A stretch of 64,000 nucleotides of DNA from Lingula anatina (lineage: Eukaryota > Animalia > Brachiopoda): contig CM120644.1 in the NCBI GenBank assembly GCA_051362555.1, positions 9,308,954-9,372,953 of the forward strand, read 5' to 3'. The notes beneath the pieces are model-generated. The model was not told the origin of the DNA. It was given only the letters and a program-made list of their open reading frames with translations, and searched no databases. Numbering within the stretch: the first letter of the stretch is position 1; the number at the start of each line of letters is the position of its first letter. This document shows positions 1 through 11,144 of the stretch, piece by piece. Both the position numbers and the translations under genes were made by a program.

Positions 1-1
1 A

Positions 2-1621
2 TTTCAAGTCAGTTCTTTTTCATCGAGTTCTACACTTACCATCAACAGTGGCGCTTTCCAAAACATCCCTAATATCGTACGTGTAAACATAAGGAACCCG
101 ATAGGCACCAGTCCTTCTATAGATTCACTGGCTTTCTATTACGGTGTACAGAACAGCCTGCGAACTTTGTTTTTTCGGAGCTCATACATTGCCGCCGTCC
201 CCTCAGCCTTGACATATCTAACGGCTTTACAGGAGCTGGACCTGGGATACAACAGTATAACTGGTGACCCATCAAACTACCTTAGTTACCTGACATCACT
301 CCGGGCGCTGTGGCTTGACAACAACTATCTACTGAGTAGTATCCCAACGTCCTTTCAACGCCTGACTAATTTAAGGAAATTGTCTCTCGGAAGCTGTAAC
401 CTCAACCAAAGTTCAGTGACGTCATTCGGCAACCTGCCCACGTCTTTAGAGTGGCTAAACGTTTATAATAATCGACTGTATGAAATACCTCTTGGTATTG
501 GCTTGCTTCAAAATCTGACCTATCTAAACATGAAATACTGTTATCTGAACTCTCTCTCGGACAACGTCTTCCTCAGTCTAAAGAAGCTGGAGATCCTAGA
601 TCTAAGTCGAAATCCTAGTATCGTTTCCACTTTGAATGTTCTTGTCAATCAGAAGTCGTTAAAGATTCTCAGGCTCTCCCAAATCAGTTCGTCTTTAACA
701 GACATACCTGATGCAATATCAGGAATGGAACAGCTGGTAGAACTTGACCTAAGCTATAATGGAATACAAGAATTAAATCATGGTCAATTTGCCAAACTGA
801 TACAGTTAAGAAAACTCAGGCTGAACCACAATGAAATAGGTTCTTTCGATCCGCTGTCATTCCAAAATTGTGTCCAACTGGAGGAACTAGACGTAAGTTA
901 TAATCTTATACACGAAGTGAGCCAGATCCTTTTTGTCCCTCAGTCCCTAAGGAATCTTAACTTGAACGGAAATAAATTTGAAACGTTTGACAAGTGCACT
1001 ATTTCAAACTTACTGGCATATCTTCAGAAGTCCTACATTTCACGCGACCTTTTCAATTGCGATTGTGGCTTGGCCTGGGTTCGAAAGCTGTCAGCGTTTT
1101 TCGGCTCCAGGGTAAGTTTTAGTGGATCGTGCTACGTCCCAACGGAGCTATATGGCGAGTCATTGTCTTCATATCCCCTAGATGGTTGCACGCCTGAAGA
1201 CGAAAGTTTTGAAAGCTGCAACGTTGTCATGACGCCTGAGGCTTCGTTCGTCAATTCAGTCCAACTATCCGGTCTTCAAAAGGACCTCAGTAGCGTTCAA
1301 ACTATCACAACCGTGTCGGTATCTGTCGCCGTTGTCGCCCTCCTGGCATTTGTCGCTACTATTGCTATGCTGCTGGCATGCTTCTTCAAGCGAAGAAAAC
1401 GAGTGCCCTCAAATGGGAGGAGCCAGAGCCACGTCAATCAAGGTCTCCAACTATCGGAAGCTGCCAAGGGTGAAAGGTCACCTGAAGGTCAAAGTTCTGG
1501 AGATAGTCTGTATCAGAACACGGATGGGACGGCCAGCAGAGGCCCTAGTGCCGACTATGAACCTTTGAGGAAGACAGGCGGGGCTGGAAACAACACGGAG
1601 GCCATTACGACTCCCCTGTAA
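2..1621 (+). CDS. LRR-containing single-pass transmembrane receptor, paralog 1 (5' end outside the window; no TIR domain)
   Basis: The frame is open from base 2 (FQVSSFSSSSTLTINSGAFQNIPNIVRVNI...) and aligns to paralog 2. It has ~12 LxxLxLxxN repeats, an LRR-CT cap (FNCDCGLAWV...C..P...C), a TM helix (VSVSVAVVALLAFVATIAMLLACFF-KRRKR) and a ~75 aa Ser/Gly-rich tail with YQN and YEPL. Confidence 0.9.
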   Translation, partial: FQVSSFSSSSTLTINSGAFQNIPNIVRVNIRNPIGTSPSIDSLAFYYGVQNSLRTLFFRSSYIAAVPSALTYLTALQELDLGYNSITGDPSNYLSYLTSLRALWLDNNYLLSSIPTSFQRLTNLRKLSLGSCNLNQSSVTSFGNLPTSLEWLNVYNNRLYEIPLGIGLLQNLTYLNMKYCYLNSLSDNVFLSLKKLEILDLSRNPSIVSTLNVLVNQKSLKILRLSQISSSLTDIPDAISGMEQLVELDLSYNGIQELNHGQFAKLIQLRKLRLNHNEIGSFDPLSFQNCVQLEELDVSYNLIHEVSQILFVPQSLRNLNLNGNKFETFDKCTISNLLAYLQKSYISRDLFNCDCGLAWVRKLSAFFGSRVSFSGSCYVPTELYGESLSSYPLDGCTPEDESFESCNVVMTPEASFVNSVQLSGLQKDLSSVQTITTVSVSVAVVALLAFVATIAMLLACFFKRRKRVPSNGRSQSHVNQGLQLSEAAKGERSPEGQSSGDSLYQNTDGTASRGPSADYEPLRKTGGAGNNTEAITTPL

Positions 1622-3160
1622 TTTATAAGTAATGTGTAAAGTTATCCAACTTGTTACTATTGGATCTTCGTTTTTATAAATATTTGCCTCGTGATTTGTT
1701 ACCTACTTCGCTTTTATGTTTTATTTGTTTTATTAGATTTTGGTTTGATCAGGTCAGGTAATAATGTGCAGATATGGATTTATTAGGTGCGTAAACACAA
1801 ATATCTATATTGTCAGATCATGGATGTGCCAGTGCTCACTAGTGTTTTAGTGTATAACCTGACACATGCCCACTGTATGGGCACTAATGCCGTGGAGCAT
1901 AAACTCTTAATAAAGTACAAATATTATTCCAATAGATAGACATAGCTTTCCTAATAATATCCCTGTTTATATTTACTGGAGAGAATTTGATTTGCGACGA
2001 CAGCATCAAAATCTTAAACTGGTTCGTTTTCCTGCTGAAATCTGTCACAGTGTGATTAAAAGTCTAACCACCTATAGGTATTACTCAAGGAATGACCTTC
2101 ACCTCCGTACTTTGAAATAATGTTTAACAGCCACACGTTTAAAAGTACCTGTAAGTGAACTCAGATATGTCCATGTTCTTCTAGGTATTGTCACTGTGAA
2201 ATGCACCTTTTATAAATACAAAATCTACATTTATAAACAAGAATATACTTGCCATCGCTTCAGCAGAGGTGAATTAAGAAACGCAGAATAGAGCCGACAG
2301 TTTAAAAATCTGTTGGCGCCCTTCACTGTCTTATTTTGAAATTGCATTGGTCGTTTAGGTATTCAACACAAACCTTGGTAAGAGTATTTTGTTCTCTGTA
2401 CACGAACAAATTTTGGTTGTTAATGTAAACGAGGATTGCTGTGATCGTCAGGTACTTACATGATGCTTTTAGGCTTAGGCCCAACATGTTGTATATGCAG
2501 TGGAAAGACCAGTTGTGATTACATGTACCTCTACGTAATTGCAGTCTTTTTTTTATTTATTCATATATATATATATATATATATGTATGTTAATTTTAAT
2601 ATGTAGTCCCAAAGTCAAATTGTTTGAGTTCATGTGTACCTTTGATACATCAGTTGAAGGTGTATAAAGGAAAGGAAAGGTGTATAAAATATATATTAAT
2701 ATCAAAATAGCCACAAAAATAAATAATATTCCGAATAAGTTACAAAGGCCCCTTCTTCTAATTCCTATTTTCCGCAAAAAAAAACTTAATAACGGAGTGA
2801 AATGTTAATATTTATATTTTGTGTTCCTTATTGCATCTGTTAATGTATCTCGAACTACCCGTTTTGTAAATATTGGTAAAGATATTAAACTTAAAATATT
2901 TGTCGGAAACCGTAATACCAAAAAAGCTTTACAGAATTATTTGAGGCACACGCGACATTATTTTGGATGTAGTAGACTACTTGAACTTTACTTTATCTGT
3001 AGATATACACTCTTCTTCTATTGGACCTTGCTGGATTCAATTTATAGTGGATTCCGTGTTTACAGTACACACTAATATGGGTTTCAAACCCCCCCCCCCC
3101 CTAAATTTTATTGTATTCCAAATATAAACCAATATTTCCCGTTACTGTAGCACACCTATA

Positions 3161-3698
3161 CGAGGGTTGATTGATAAATAGTGAGCCTCATATAGAAGGG
3201 GTACACATTTTACAAGTATTTTTCTTTATTTTTCAACATAGTCTCCTTGAGTATCTATACACTTTTGCCAGCAAGTTTTGAGAGCCTCTATGCCACTTTT
3301 ATAGAAGCCCTTCTCTTGGCCGTTCAGAAACCCCTCTACTTCACGTATGATGTCATCATCTGACACAAAGTGAGTACCTGAAATAGCCTTTTTCAATTTG
3401 GGAAATAGATAATAGTCAGAGGGAGCAAGATCAGGCGAATAAGGTGGATGTTCTATCAGTTCAAAGCCACACTCATTGATGGCAGCCATGGCAATGACAG
3501 ACTTGTGAGCAGGGGCATTGTCCTGGAGGAACAGAACACCTTTCCTGAGCTTTCCACTACCTCGTCGACATAAACTAACCAAATGACACCAAACTTCGGC
3601 TACACATCTTTAAATAGTCAGGGAACAGAAGGGCTGAAAAGGGATATCCCTGCTTAACCCCTTCCACACGAGGCTCACTACTTATCAATCAACCCTCG
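3161..3698 (-). mobile_element. Internally deleted mariner (DD34D) DNA transposon
   Basis: 29-bp TIRs CGAGGGTTGATTGATAAATAGTGAGCCTC at 3161-3189 and 3670-3698 (1 mismatch), flanked by TA on both sides. ORF 3226-3582 encodes only the transposase C-terminus (LQDNAPAH...HPPYSPDLAPSDYYLF). Confidence 0.95.
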
Positions 3699-5010
3699 TA
3701 GATATGCTTTATTATTATAACAATACCTCCTGCATAAAACTGCTTATGTTCTAATTCGTTACACTCAAACGAACATAAAATATTTATAGTATAAACACAG
3801 ACACAGTGTTAGGTATGGAAGCGCTCATTTCGTTCCGTGTGCTTTATTTCCGTTTGAATTGCCATAAATTCAGTCGTTGTTGAACATTTAAAAACCATAA
3901 TTATATCCTTGCTATTATTAGTATTATTTTAACGAACCAAACTTTGAACAAAGTGATTAAAACAAATATATGTAAAACAAGTCTTTTAAAAGTGTAATAA
4001 AATAATAATGATAATGATCAGTTCTTGAGTTTTTTTTTTTCTTTTTTTTTTTAAACTCCATCTTGCTTTGCCGTACCAGGATCCGAGCTGAAAAATTAAA
4101 ACGTTCTGTTATGAAATAAGTATAACACTGAAAAGCTTGAACTAAGACTAAAACTAATTTCTCTATTCTTTCTAATCTTTACTTATTATATCTCGTATTT
4201 ATTTATTAAATATATTTATTCAAACAAACAAGCTTAACACACTTTTTTTTTTAATTTATAAAGTAAAACTCCTTCAAATTGGGTGGGTGGGAGGGAATTA
4301 TATATATTCTCTGCCATCTTCACGGAATGCGAAAGAGCCTTCGAATGACCTAACTCTAAAATCTACTTTTCCTCATCACCTTCTATTTGATAACACTACT
4401 CAAGTGACCAGTCACATGATATTAACACTACTCAGACCTTACTGAACAGTTCGCACATCAACGTCACGTGTCTGCGTACCCACAACAAATATATTTATGT
4501 TCTAATTCGTTACACTCAAACGAACATAAAATATTTATAGTATAAACACAGACACAGTGTTAGGTATGGAAGCGCTCATTTCGATGATAAAGAAAGAAGA
4601 GTGTATCCTTGTATTCTATGCAAACAGAATGATATGTCAAAATAAAATGTGAATATTTATTTATTTATTTATTTAATTTTTTTATTCTCTCTTTCTTAAT
4701 CGCTTCGTCATACTTTCATTCTCTTTCTCTCTCTATTCTACACAGATCAAAAACCCTTAATAATTTTATTACTCTCTCGTATTCTGTTATATTTATCATA
4801 ACTGAAATCGTCTTCTCCGATAAAAGTTCCTTTTCACAAAAATTTTCTTTCACTCGTAAACTCTTCACTCTCTCTTTCTTTATCGCTTCGTCTTAATTTC
4901 ATTCTTTCATTCATTTTCTACTAAAATTTTCTCTTCTTCCGAGTTTAAAATGCTGTGACATATATTTCAACATTTCAGTTATTTTCCTTAAAATCTCTTA
5001 CGCATTCTTC

Positions 5011-5067
5011 AAATTAGATCGACTTTAACTTAATGTATGAGGACTAAAACTCCATGCATTAAGCAAC

Positions 5068-5116
<49 letters not shown>

Positions 5117-5705
5117 ACATATATAAACAAATATAAAATATAATTCACTTATTTGGATTTTTTTTTTTATATCTGTTTGTCGATTTAATTATATGCACCA
5201 GGCCTTCCTCAACTGCAATGCATATTGAATGCAAACGATTTTTTTTTAAATTAGATCGACTTAACTTGTTGTACTAGGACTTCCTCAACTCAGCATAACA
5301 AGCAACAGAATGTAATTATGCAAAGCATATGAATTTTGATAAGCAAAGAAAAAATTTTTAAAAATAAATTTTTTATTATTATTATTATTGTTTTTCTGTT
5401 TGTCGATTTAATTGTATATACCAGGCCTTCTTCAACTGCAATGCATAATGAATGCGAACAACTTATTTGATAATTTTTTTTTCTTTCGCTCTTTCTTTAA
5501 ATTAGATCGACTTAACTTGTTGTACTAGGACTTCCTCAACTCAGCACAACAAGCAACAGAATGTAATTATGTAAAGCCTATGAATTTTGATAAGTAAGAA
5601 AAATTCTAAAAATAATTTCTATTATAATTATTGTTATTATTATTAATTCTGTTTATCGATTTAATTTTATGCACCAGGCCTTCTTCAACTGCAATGCATA
5701 ATGAT
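5011..5705. repeat. Tandem array of three ~240-bp structured units (plus partial fourth at 5831) inside the DIRS element
   Basis: Units start at 5011, 5248 and 5499 with AAATTAGATCGACTT and contain TCTGTTT(G/A)TCGATTTAATT and CCAGGCCTTC(C/T)TCAACTGCAATGCATA. AT-rich variable inserts separate the conserved blocks. Confidence 0.85.
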
Positions 5706-5909
5706 CACAATTAATCTATCACCTGAACGATCTCTCTCTCTCGTTTTCTCTCTGTCTCTCTCTCTCTCTTTCTCTCTCTCTATTCACTTTCTCTTTCTCT
5801 CTCTCTATTCACTTTCTCTCTCTGTCTCTGAAATTAGTTCGACTTAATTTACGAATGACTTACTCTACTCCTCACTTCAATCAACGTACCGTTAAATATA
5901 TATTTTTTA

Positions 5910-5945
<36 letters not shown>

Positions 5946-5946
<1 letters not shown>

Positions 5947-7656
5947 TGCTATTGAAGTATTTTGAATTCTCCTTTCTGGTATTGACAGAGCAAGAGATGG
6001 GGCATTCCAAATAATACCGAGCCATTCTAAACTATTAACAGGTGAAAATTTTGATTTTTCTTAATTGATTAAAAAACCCGCTTGAATAAGAGAATTTCTA
6101 ACTAACGAGTAATCTCGCTGGCACTCATGTACATTTTTTGAAAGGACTATCCCGTCATCTAGATATAAAACTATCTTAATGCTTTTTTCTCTCCAATACT
6201 TGACTAACGGCCTCAAACATTTAGTGAAAATATAAGGAGCAGAGGAAAGACCGAAAGGCAGAACGGTATAACAGTAGAAATGATGATCCCAGGAAAATCC
6301 CAAGAAAGATTGAAATCTATGTGAAATATCGATATGATGGTAACCTGATTTAAGATCAAATTTAATCATTAAGCAATCTTTTTCAAAATAATCTATACCC
6401 GCTTTCCAGTCTTCGAACTTAACTTTATCTTTCTTAATATGATTGTTCAATTGACTTAAATCCAAAATTAATCTCTTCTTTTCTCTGTTTTCAGCAACGC
6501 TTAGAGGACTAACAATAAAAGGTCTAAAAGGCACTTGAACAATACAACCTGTATTCAACAATTCTTTAATTGTATTTTTGACAAAATGTGCGTTTTTTAT
6601 AGCTGATCTGTTATTTTGCATAAACATGGATGGAGGATTGGATATAAACGGAATATCGTAACCGTTCTCTGTGATTCTGAGAATGTCCGAATAAGTGTTC
6701 ATGTCTTTCCGAAATTGCATATGGGCACGAAGACTTACTTTAATGCCGCCTGTCTTTGAGAAATTACGATCAAGTTTTTTAAAATGTTCTATATGTTGGC
6801 GCAAATGTAAATCTGTCAAGCATTCAAAAGTTTCTGGATCTTTCAGAAAATACTTATCTTTTACATTTTCAATTGCGTTGGTTCTCTGGTTCTGGTTTAA
6901 CTTGGGCGTTGGGGCAGCTTGATCTCCAGTGTCCCGCTGCAAACAGAGGAAGCAGATGTCGGACGGCATCGGTTTGCGGATCCTACGAAAAGGCTGTGAC
7001 GAAAAAGTGGGAAATCTGGGCCCTAGACTAGGATTCAACTGGCCTGCTGAGCTGACTGTGGCTGAAGGAAAAGGCCCTGGGTACGGCGAGGAAGCCATTG
7101 CTCTGTTAGTAGAAAAAAGGCGCACCTGCGGCTGCGGTGGGAGTGGCATATGGAGAAAAACGGTAGTTGTTTTTATGGGATTGACGAAGAGCCCTGTTTT
7201 CCGCTGCTCTGATCTTTCTTTCATCTCCGGAATCGTCAGCAAAGTCGGAAATTTCATACTCTTTCACGGTTTTCCAACCTACAGGAGAGGAGTCTGCGAT
7301 TCGAATATGTTTGTTACGTTGACGGATTTTCTCCTTCATCCCCGTAATTATCTGGATGGATTTTGAGTCCTTATTTTCGTGGGCTCTTAATTCTAAAGTT
7401 TCTAGACCATCCAGAATATCTAAGTTGAAATTGAATGCTGCTTTATTTCCTTCTCCTTTCAAGATAGTGTCGCGAGAATTCTTTATCTTTTTCTCGAAGG
7501 ACTTAATTGAACTGGATTGCTGTTCAGAAAAAGATTCAAACTGGTTTTGAACGATAGTTTTCAGTAATCGAATGCTTCGCCCACATTAAGCGTACCTTCT
7601 TGTCTTTCTGGGTCCTCGGGGCGTGGACCCGAATCAGTTTGATCGTTCTCTGCCAT
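5946..7656 (-). pseudogene. Disrupted gag-like and reverse transcriptase ORFs of the DIRS/Ngaro element
   Basis: Gag ATG at 7656 (MAENDQ...) with DIRS-type gag motif RNKHIRIADSSPVGWKTVKEY. Frameshifts occur near 7570 and 7110 and inside the CCHC knuckle (CFLCLQR/GHWRSSC, ~6935). RT motifs: KKRLILDL, FDLKSGYHH, LPFGLSSAP, YLDDG. An in-frame stop at 6061-6063 is followed by EKSKFSPVNSLEWLG, ending at a poly(A) tract. Confidence 0.88.
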
Positions 7657-8310
7657 CTTCACGGAATGCGAAAGAGCCTTCGAATGACCTAACTCTAAAA
7701 TCTACTTTTCCTCATCACCTTCTATTTGATAACACTACTCAAGTGACCAGTCACATGATATTAACACTACTCAGACCTTACTGAACAGTTCGCACATAAA
7801 CGTCACGTGTCTGCGTACCCACAACAAATATATTTATCTTAGATTTTTAAATCAAGATAAACAGAGCTACCCGGAGATCGGCAGCAAGTGCAGCGTGCAA
7901 CTGGAGCCTGCTATTTAATATAAACGTCACCTTTGTCAGCTCTTGATAAACCATTTCCGTTTGTCACTGTTCTTCGGAAATTGTCTCTGACAGCTCATTG
8001 GCACTTTCATGAAGTATACAAGTTTATTTGAATAATTCTAATTTGGCGATAGAGCTCGTTTACACACAGTCGTAATTTGATAACAGAAACTTCGTAAAGC
8101 ACACCCCAGGATGTGTAGAAAGATCTCTGAACCAAAAGTTCAATAAAAAAAAATCAAATTTAACCATTCAAATGTTTGCAATACAGTTTGTTTTCGTACA
8201 TTCCTAGTGCATACATTTTTTGATGGTTTTAATTAAAATATACGCTCCACTGCTGTGTTCAAAGGAAATTAACATCTTGGACCCTTGATACATGTACGTG
8301 CATTGTGATA

Positions 8311-8548
8311 GGGGAGACCGCGGGGCTAATTGGACCCCAGGGTAACTTGGCCCCCCACCTAGTCTCTTTAATAAAGTAACTTTGCGATGCTACATTATTT
8401 AATTGGGATTCACTGCCGACGCTTTTTAGCACTATTGTATATAGTCACTTTACAAAATGATGTGATCATTTCTTTTACTCCATAGTCACCTTGTCATAAA
8501 TTAATGGAGGACCAACTTTCCACGGAGTCCAACTAGCCCGGTCTCCCT
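8311..8548. mobile_element. MITE with TA target duplication (Tc1/mariner-superfamily-like)
   Basis: TA-GGGGAGACCGCGGGGCTAATTGGAC ... GTCCAACTAGCCCGGTCTCCCT-TA imperfect TIRs; no coding capacity. Confidence 0.7.
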
Positions 8549-8787
8549 TACACAAGTTGTTTGTGTATTAATATTCAATGTAAAATGTAATATGGGCCGG
8601 TGGCCTAAAATTACTATTGCCAAATGGAAAATTATTATTGTAATATACTGTTTACAGCGATTAGAAGTATCGACATACGTCTAGCGATGGGTAAGTAAAT
8701 TTAACATCTGGTGGCACTGTAGTTAATTAAAAAAATTAAAAATTAATAACAAGGCGGAACGACAAAGGGTCGCCCCTGGTCTGATCA

Positions 8788-9110
8788 TCATTCACTTTCC
8801 ACGCAGACTAGTACGAATGCTAGTGCACGCTTGACCTGACTTCTGTTTATTGATTTAGCAGCCTTTCTTACGATTTTAAAAAGGACCCCATCTTTACTAA
8901 AGAAATTCCCTACCTTTACAGGACAAAAGTTTCTTTGTGACAGAATGTATACAAAAGGGAGTCGCCTGAACTGAATAGAAAAACTAATAATCCCTGCTGA
9001 GTTGCGCATGTTGCGCGACATTACTGCCTGATCCATGTCTTTGCCAAAGCAGGAGACCAAAACTTATCTGGTAAGTCTACATAGAATTTAATCAGCTAAT
9101 TAACAATTCA
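8788..9110 (-). pseudogene. Possible highly decayed Academ-like transposase fragment
   Basis: Frameshifted peptides DKFWS and DMDQAVMSRNMRNSAGIISFS resemble, from memory, the D..EQ..MR.MK..GG region of Academ transposases. No TIRs were identified. Confidence 0.25.
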
Positions 9111-11144
9111 GAGGGGATCCTATGCTTTAAAAGATATCTGGTTAAATACAGTATCTAGAGGGGAACGTCTGTTGAGGTTATACTCAATGCTGGGCGTATA
9201 GGATTTAACCCATGTTGTCGGGGAAGGGAAAAAACGGTTGTTAAAAAAACACATTTGATTATTTGACTAAGACCGCATTCACAACGATTTGAGCCAGGCT
9301 TTACAAATCCTGAGACTAAATATGGCGGACGTGCATGAAAGGAAACGTGTAGAATATCATCGGAAATGGATATGTGAGGGATACTTTTGAAAACATAAAT
9401 GATCTTATACATGCACGATCTTTGCACTGTAAAAGGAACACCATCATTGTGCACCAGTTTCAAAACATTTTGACTTCACACACAGACGGCACAGGTGCTT
9501 CCTTCAGTCCAGAAGATACTGTACAAAATACTATTTATGGCTAGCTCATGTACTGGTTATTCAATTTGTAATTCTTTGTGGAAAATTCCTTTTCAAAGTT
9601 GAATGAAGAACATAGATTATGACAAGATTTGCTGCATCACATTATACGTTTCGTGAGGGGTAACACTCTTTTTGCTAGGGGAGTATATTTTCTATTTGTA
9701 TCCGTGTTTACGCCCCCCCCCTTCCCTATTTAACACAATTCTGAATCCGCCGATGCCTGGATATATGCAGTGGGTGGTACGGGATAAGTCTTTTTGCTGC
9801 ATCGTGACTGTTGTTTGCATGAGCCACCTGTGCTTATTCATTTGCAAACAAATGAAAAACACAGGACCTGGTATCATTCACTGTACATTTTAGGAGAGTA
9901 TTTTGTGCCCTTTTATAACAAGGAGCGGATTACGATCCGCTCTGTTTTGCAATGCAGCCAGAGTCAAGGTGAAATTTTCCATATCATAAAACGTAAACAG
10001 CTATGTCAAGTCTGGAATGTAAATAAAAAACACGCTCGCTCCCTTTACACTTTAACCATGGTTCTACCGTTTAGTTGAGTTGCATGGGAAGGAAGACAGT
10101 CGTTTAATAAAATGAATTTATATGAATAACCTGGAGCACCCATTCTCCCTTCCAAAATTGCATAAGACAATGTGAGAAATGAGACAATACACATCAATTT
10201 GGTCCATCCTGGTGTTTTATTCATTAAAGTTAAAATTTAGCTACAGTGACGTGTATTTTTTCTATTTCCTATCCTTTTTCTCTCCCCTTCCCCCTTCCGT
10301 CATAGCAAAAACACCAGCTGACATCTTGATTTATGTATCCACATTACGGATTTAACTGATATGTTGCAACGTAACACCAGTTGTAACAGTCGTCTGGATG
10401 AGCCACGTGTGCTTTGTATGTGCTTTGTAAAGTTTCAAATGAATTTGACTTCTGAAATTGAAAAATAAACAAGGTTTGAAATCATTCAGTGTTAATTTTC
10501 AGAAAGTTTTTTTTTTTTTGGGGGGGGGGGTAAAATATTATTTAAATATTATTTACTGTTTTGCTCTAATATTAATGTAAGAAGCTATCGTTACGGCACA
10601 GCATTTTAAGTCTGTCTACGCAGAACTCGTTTAAACAGAATGCAAAATCACCGTTGATATGTTAAGTATAAAATTAAAAACATCACCTTCTTTTTCCAAT
10701 GCCCTGATAAATAGTGGGACAGTAACATAAATGCTACAACGTGACAGCCGTCTGGGTCAGCCACTGAGACAAGGCGTATAGGCAGAAGTAAAGGCTCCAG
10801 ATATATGATACATACAATAGCTTCCCATAAGACAGGCAGCAACAACGTAGAAATCACCGGCAGATTTAGAATAGTCATCGACAATGTAGCCCTTCCATGA
10901 TCAATCTATGGTAGCTCCCGTATCACCAACGCCCTGATTAAGCGCCCTGCCAAATATTGCTTAAATAACAAAAAAAAATCTACCAGGGCATTTGATCCTT
11001 CTTTCCAGAGACATTCAAGGTCAACTGTAAAATACTCCCACGGTCTACTTCAACATTTTAAAAGGCCATTTTACTACCAGATTACGTTAGGCCACAGCAT
11101 TACACTGTGTTAAATACTTGACATCAGCCCAAGTAATACATATA

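Larger units (their letters stand above)
3744..7837 (-). mobile_element. Ngaro/PAT-type DIRS-superfamily retrotransposon with split direct repeats, non-autonomous (RNase H and tyrosine recombinase missing)
   Basis: Repeat A (192 bp) at 7646-7837 and 4307-4498 with 1 mismatch; repeat B (89 bp) at 4495-4583 and 3744-3832, identical. Order on the minus strand is A1-ORFs-B1A2-spacer-B2, with TTAT at both termini and at the B1/A2 junction. Gag-like and RT ORFs lie between. Confidence 0.9.

Noticed and set aside
5011-5705. CRISPR-like array or hammerhead retrozyme
   Set aside because: Eukaryotic context with no cas genes; units are ~240 bp with low-complexity inserts; no CUGAnGA/GAAA core on either strand.
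6695-7550. Plus-strand ORFs (75, 145 and 64 aa) over the retroelement
   Set aside because: Antisense shadows of gag/RT with no recognisable motifs.
3744-7837. LTR retrotransposon or assembly duplication as the explanation for the repeated blocks
   Set aside because: The interleaved A1-B1A2-B2 arrangement, absence of TG..CA ends, PBS or TSD, and DIRS-type gag/RT fit split direct repeats.
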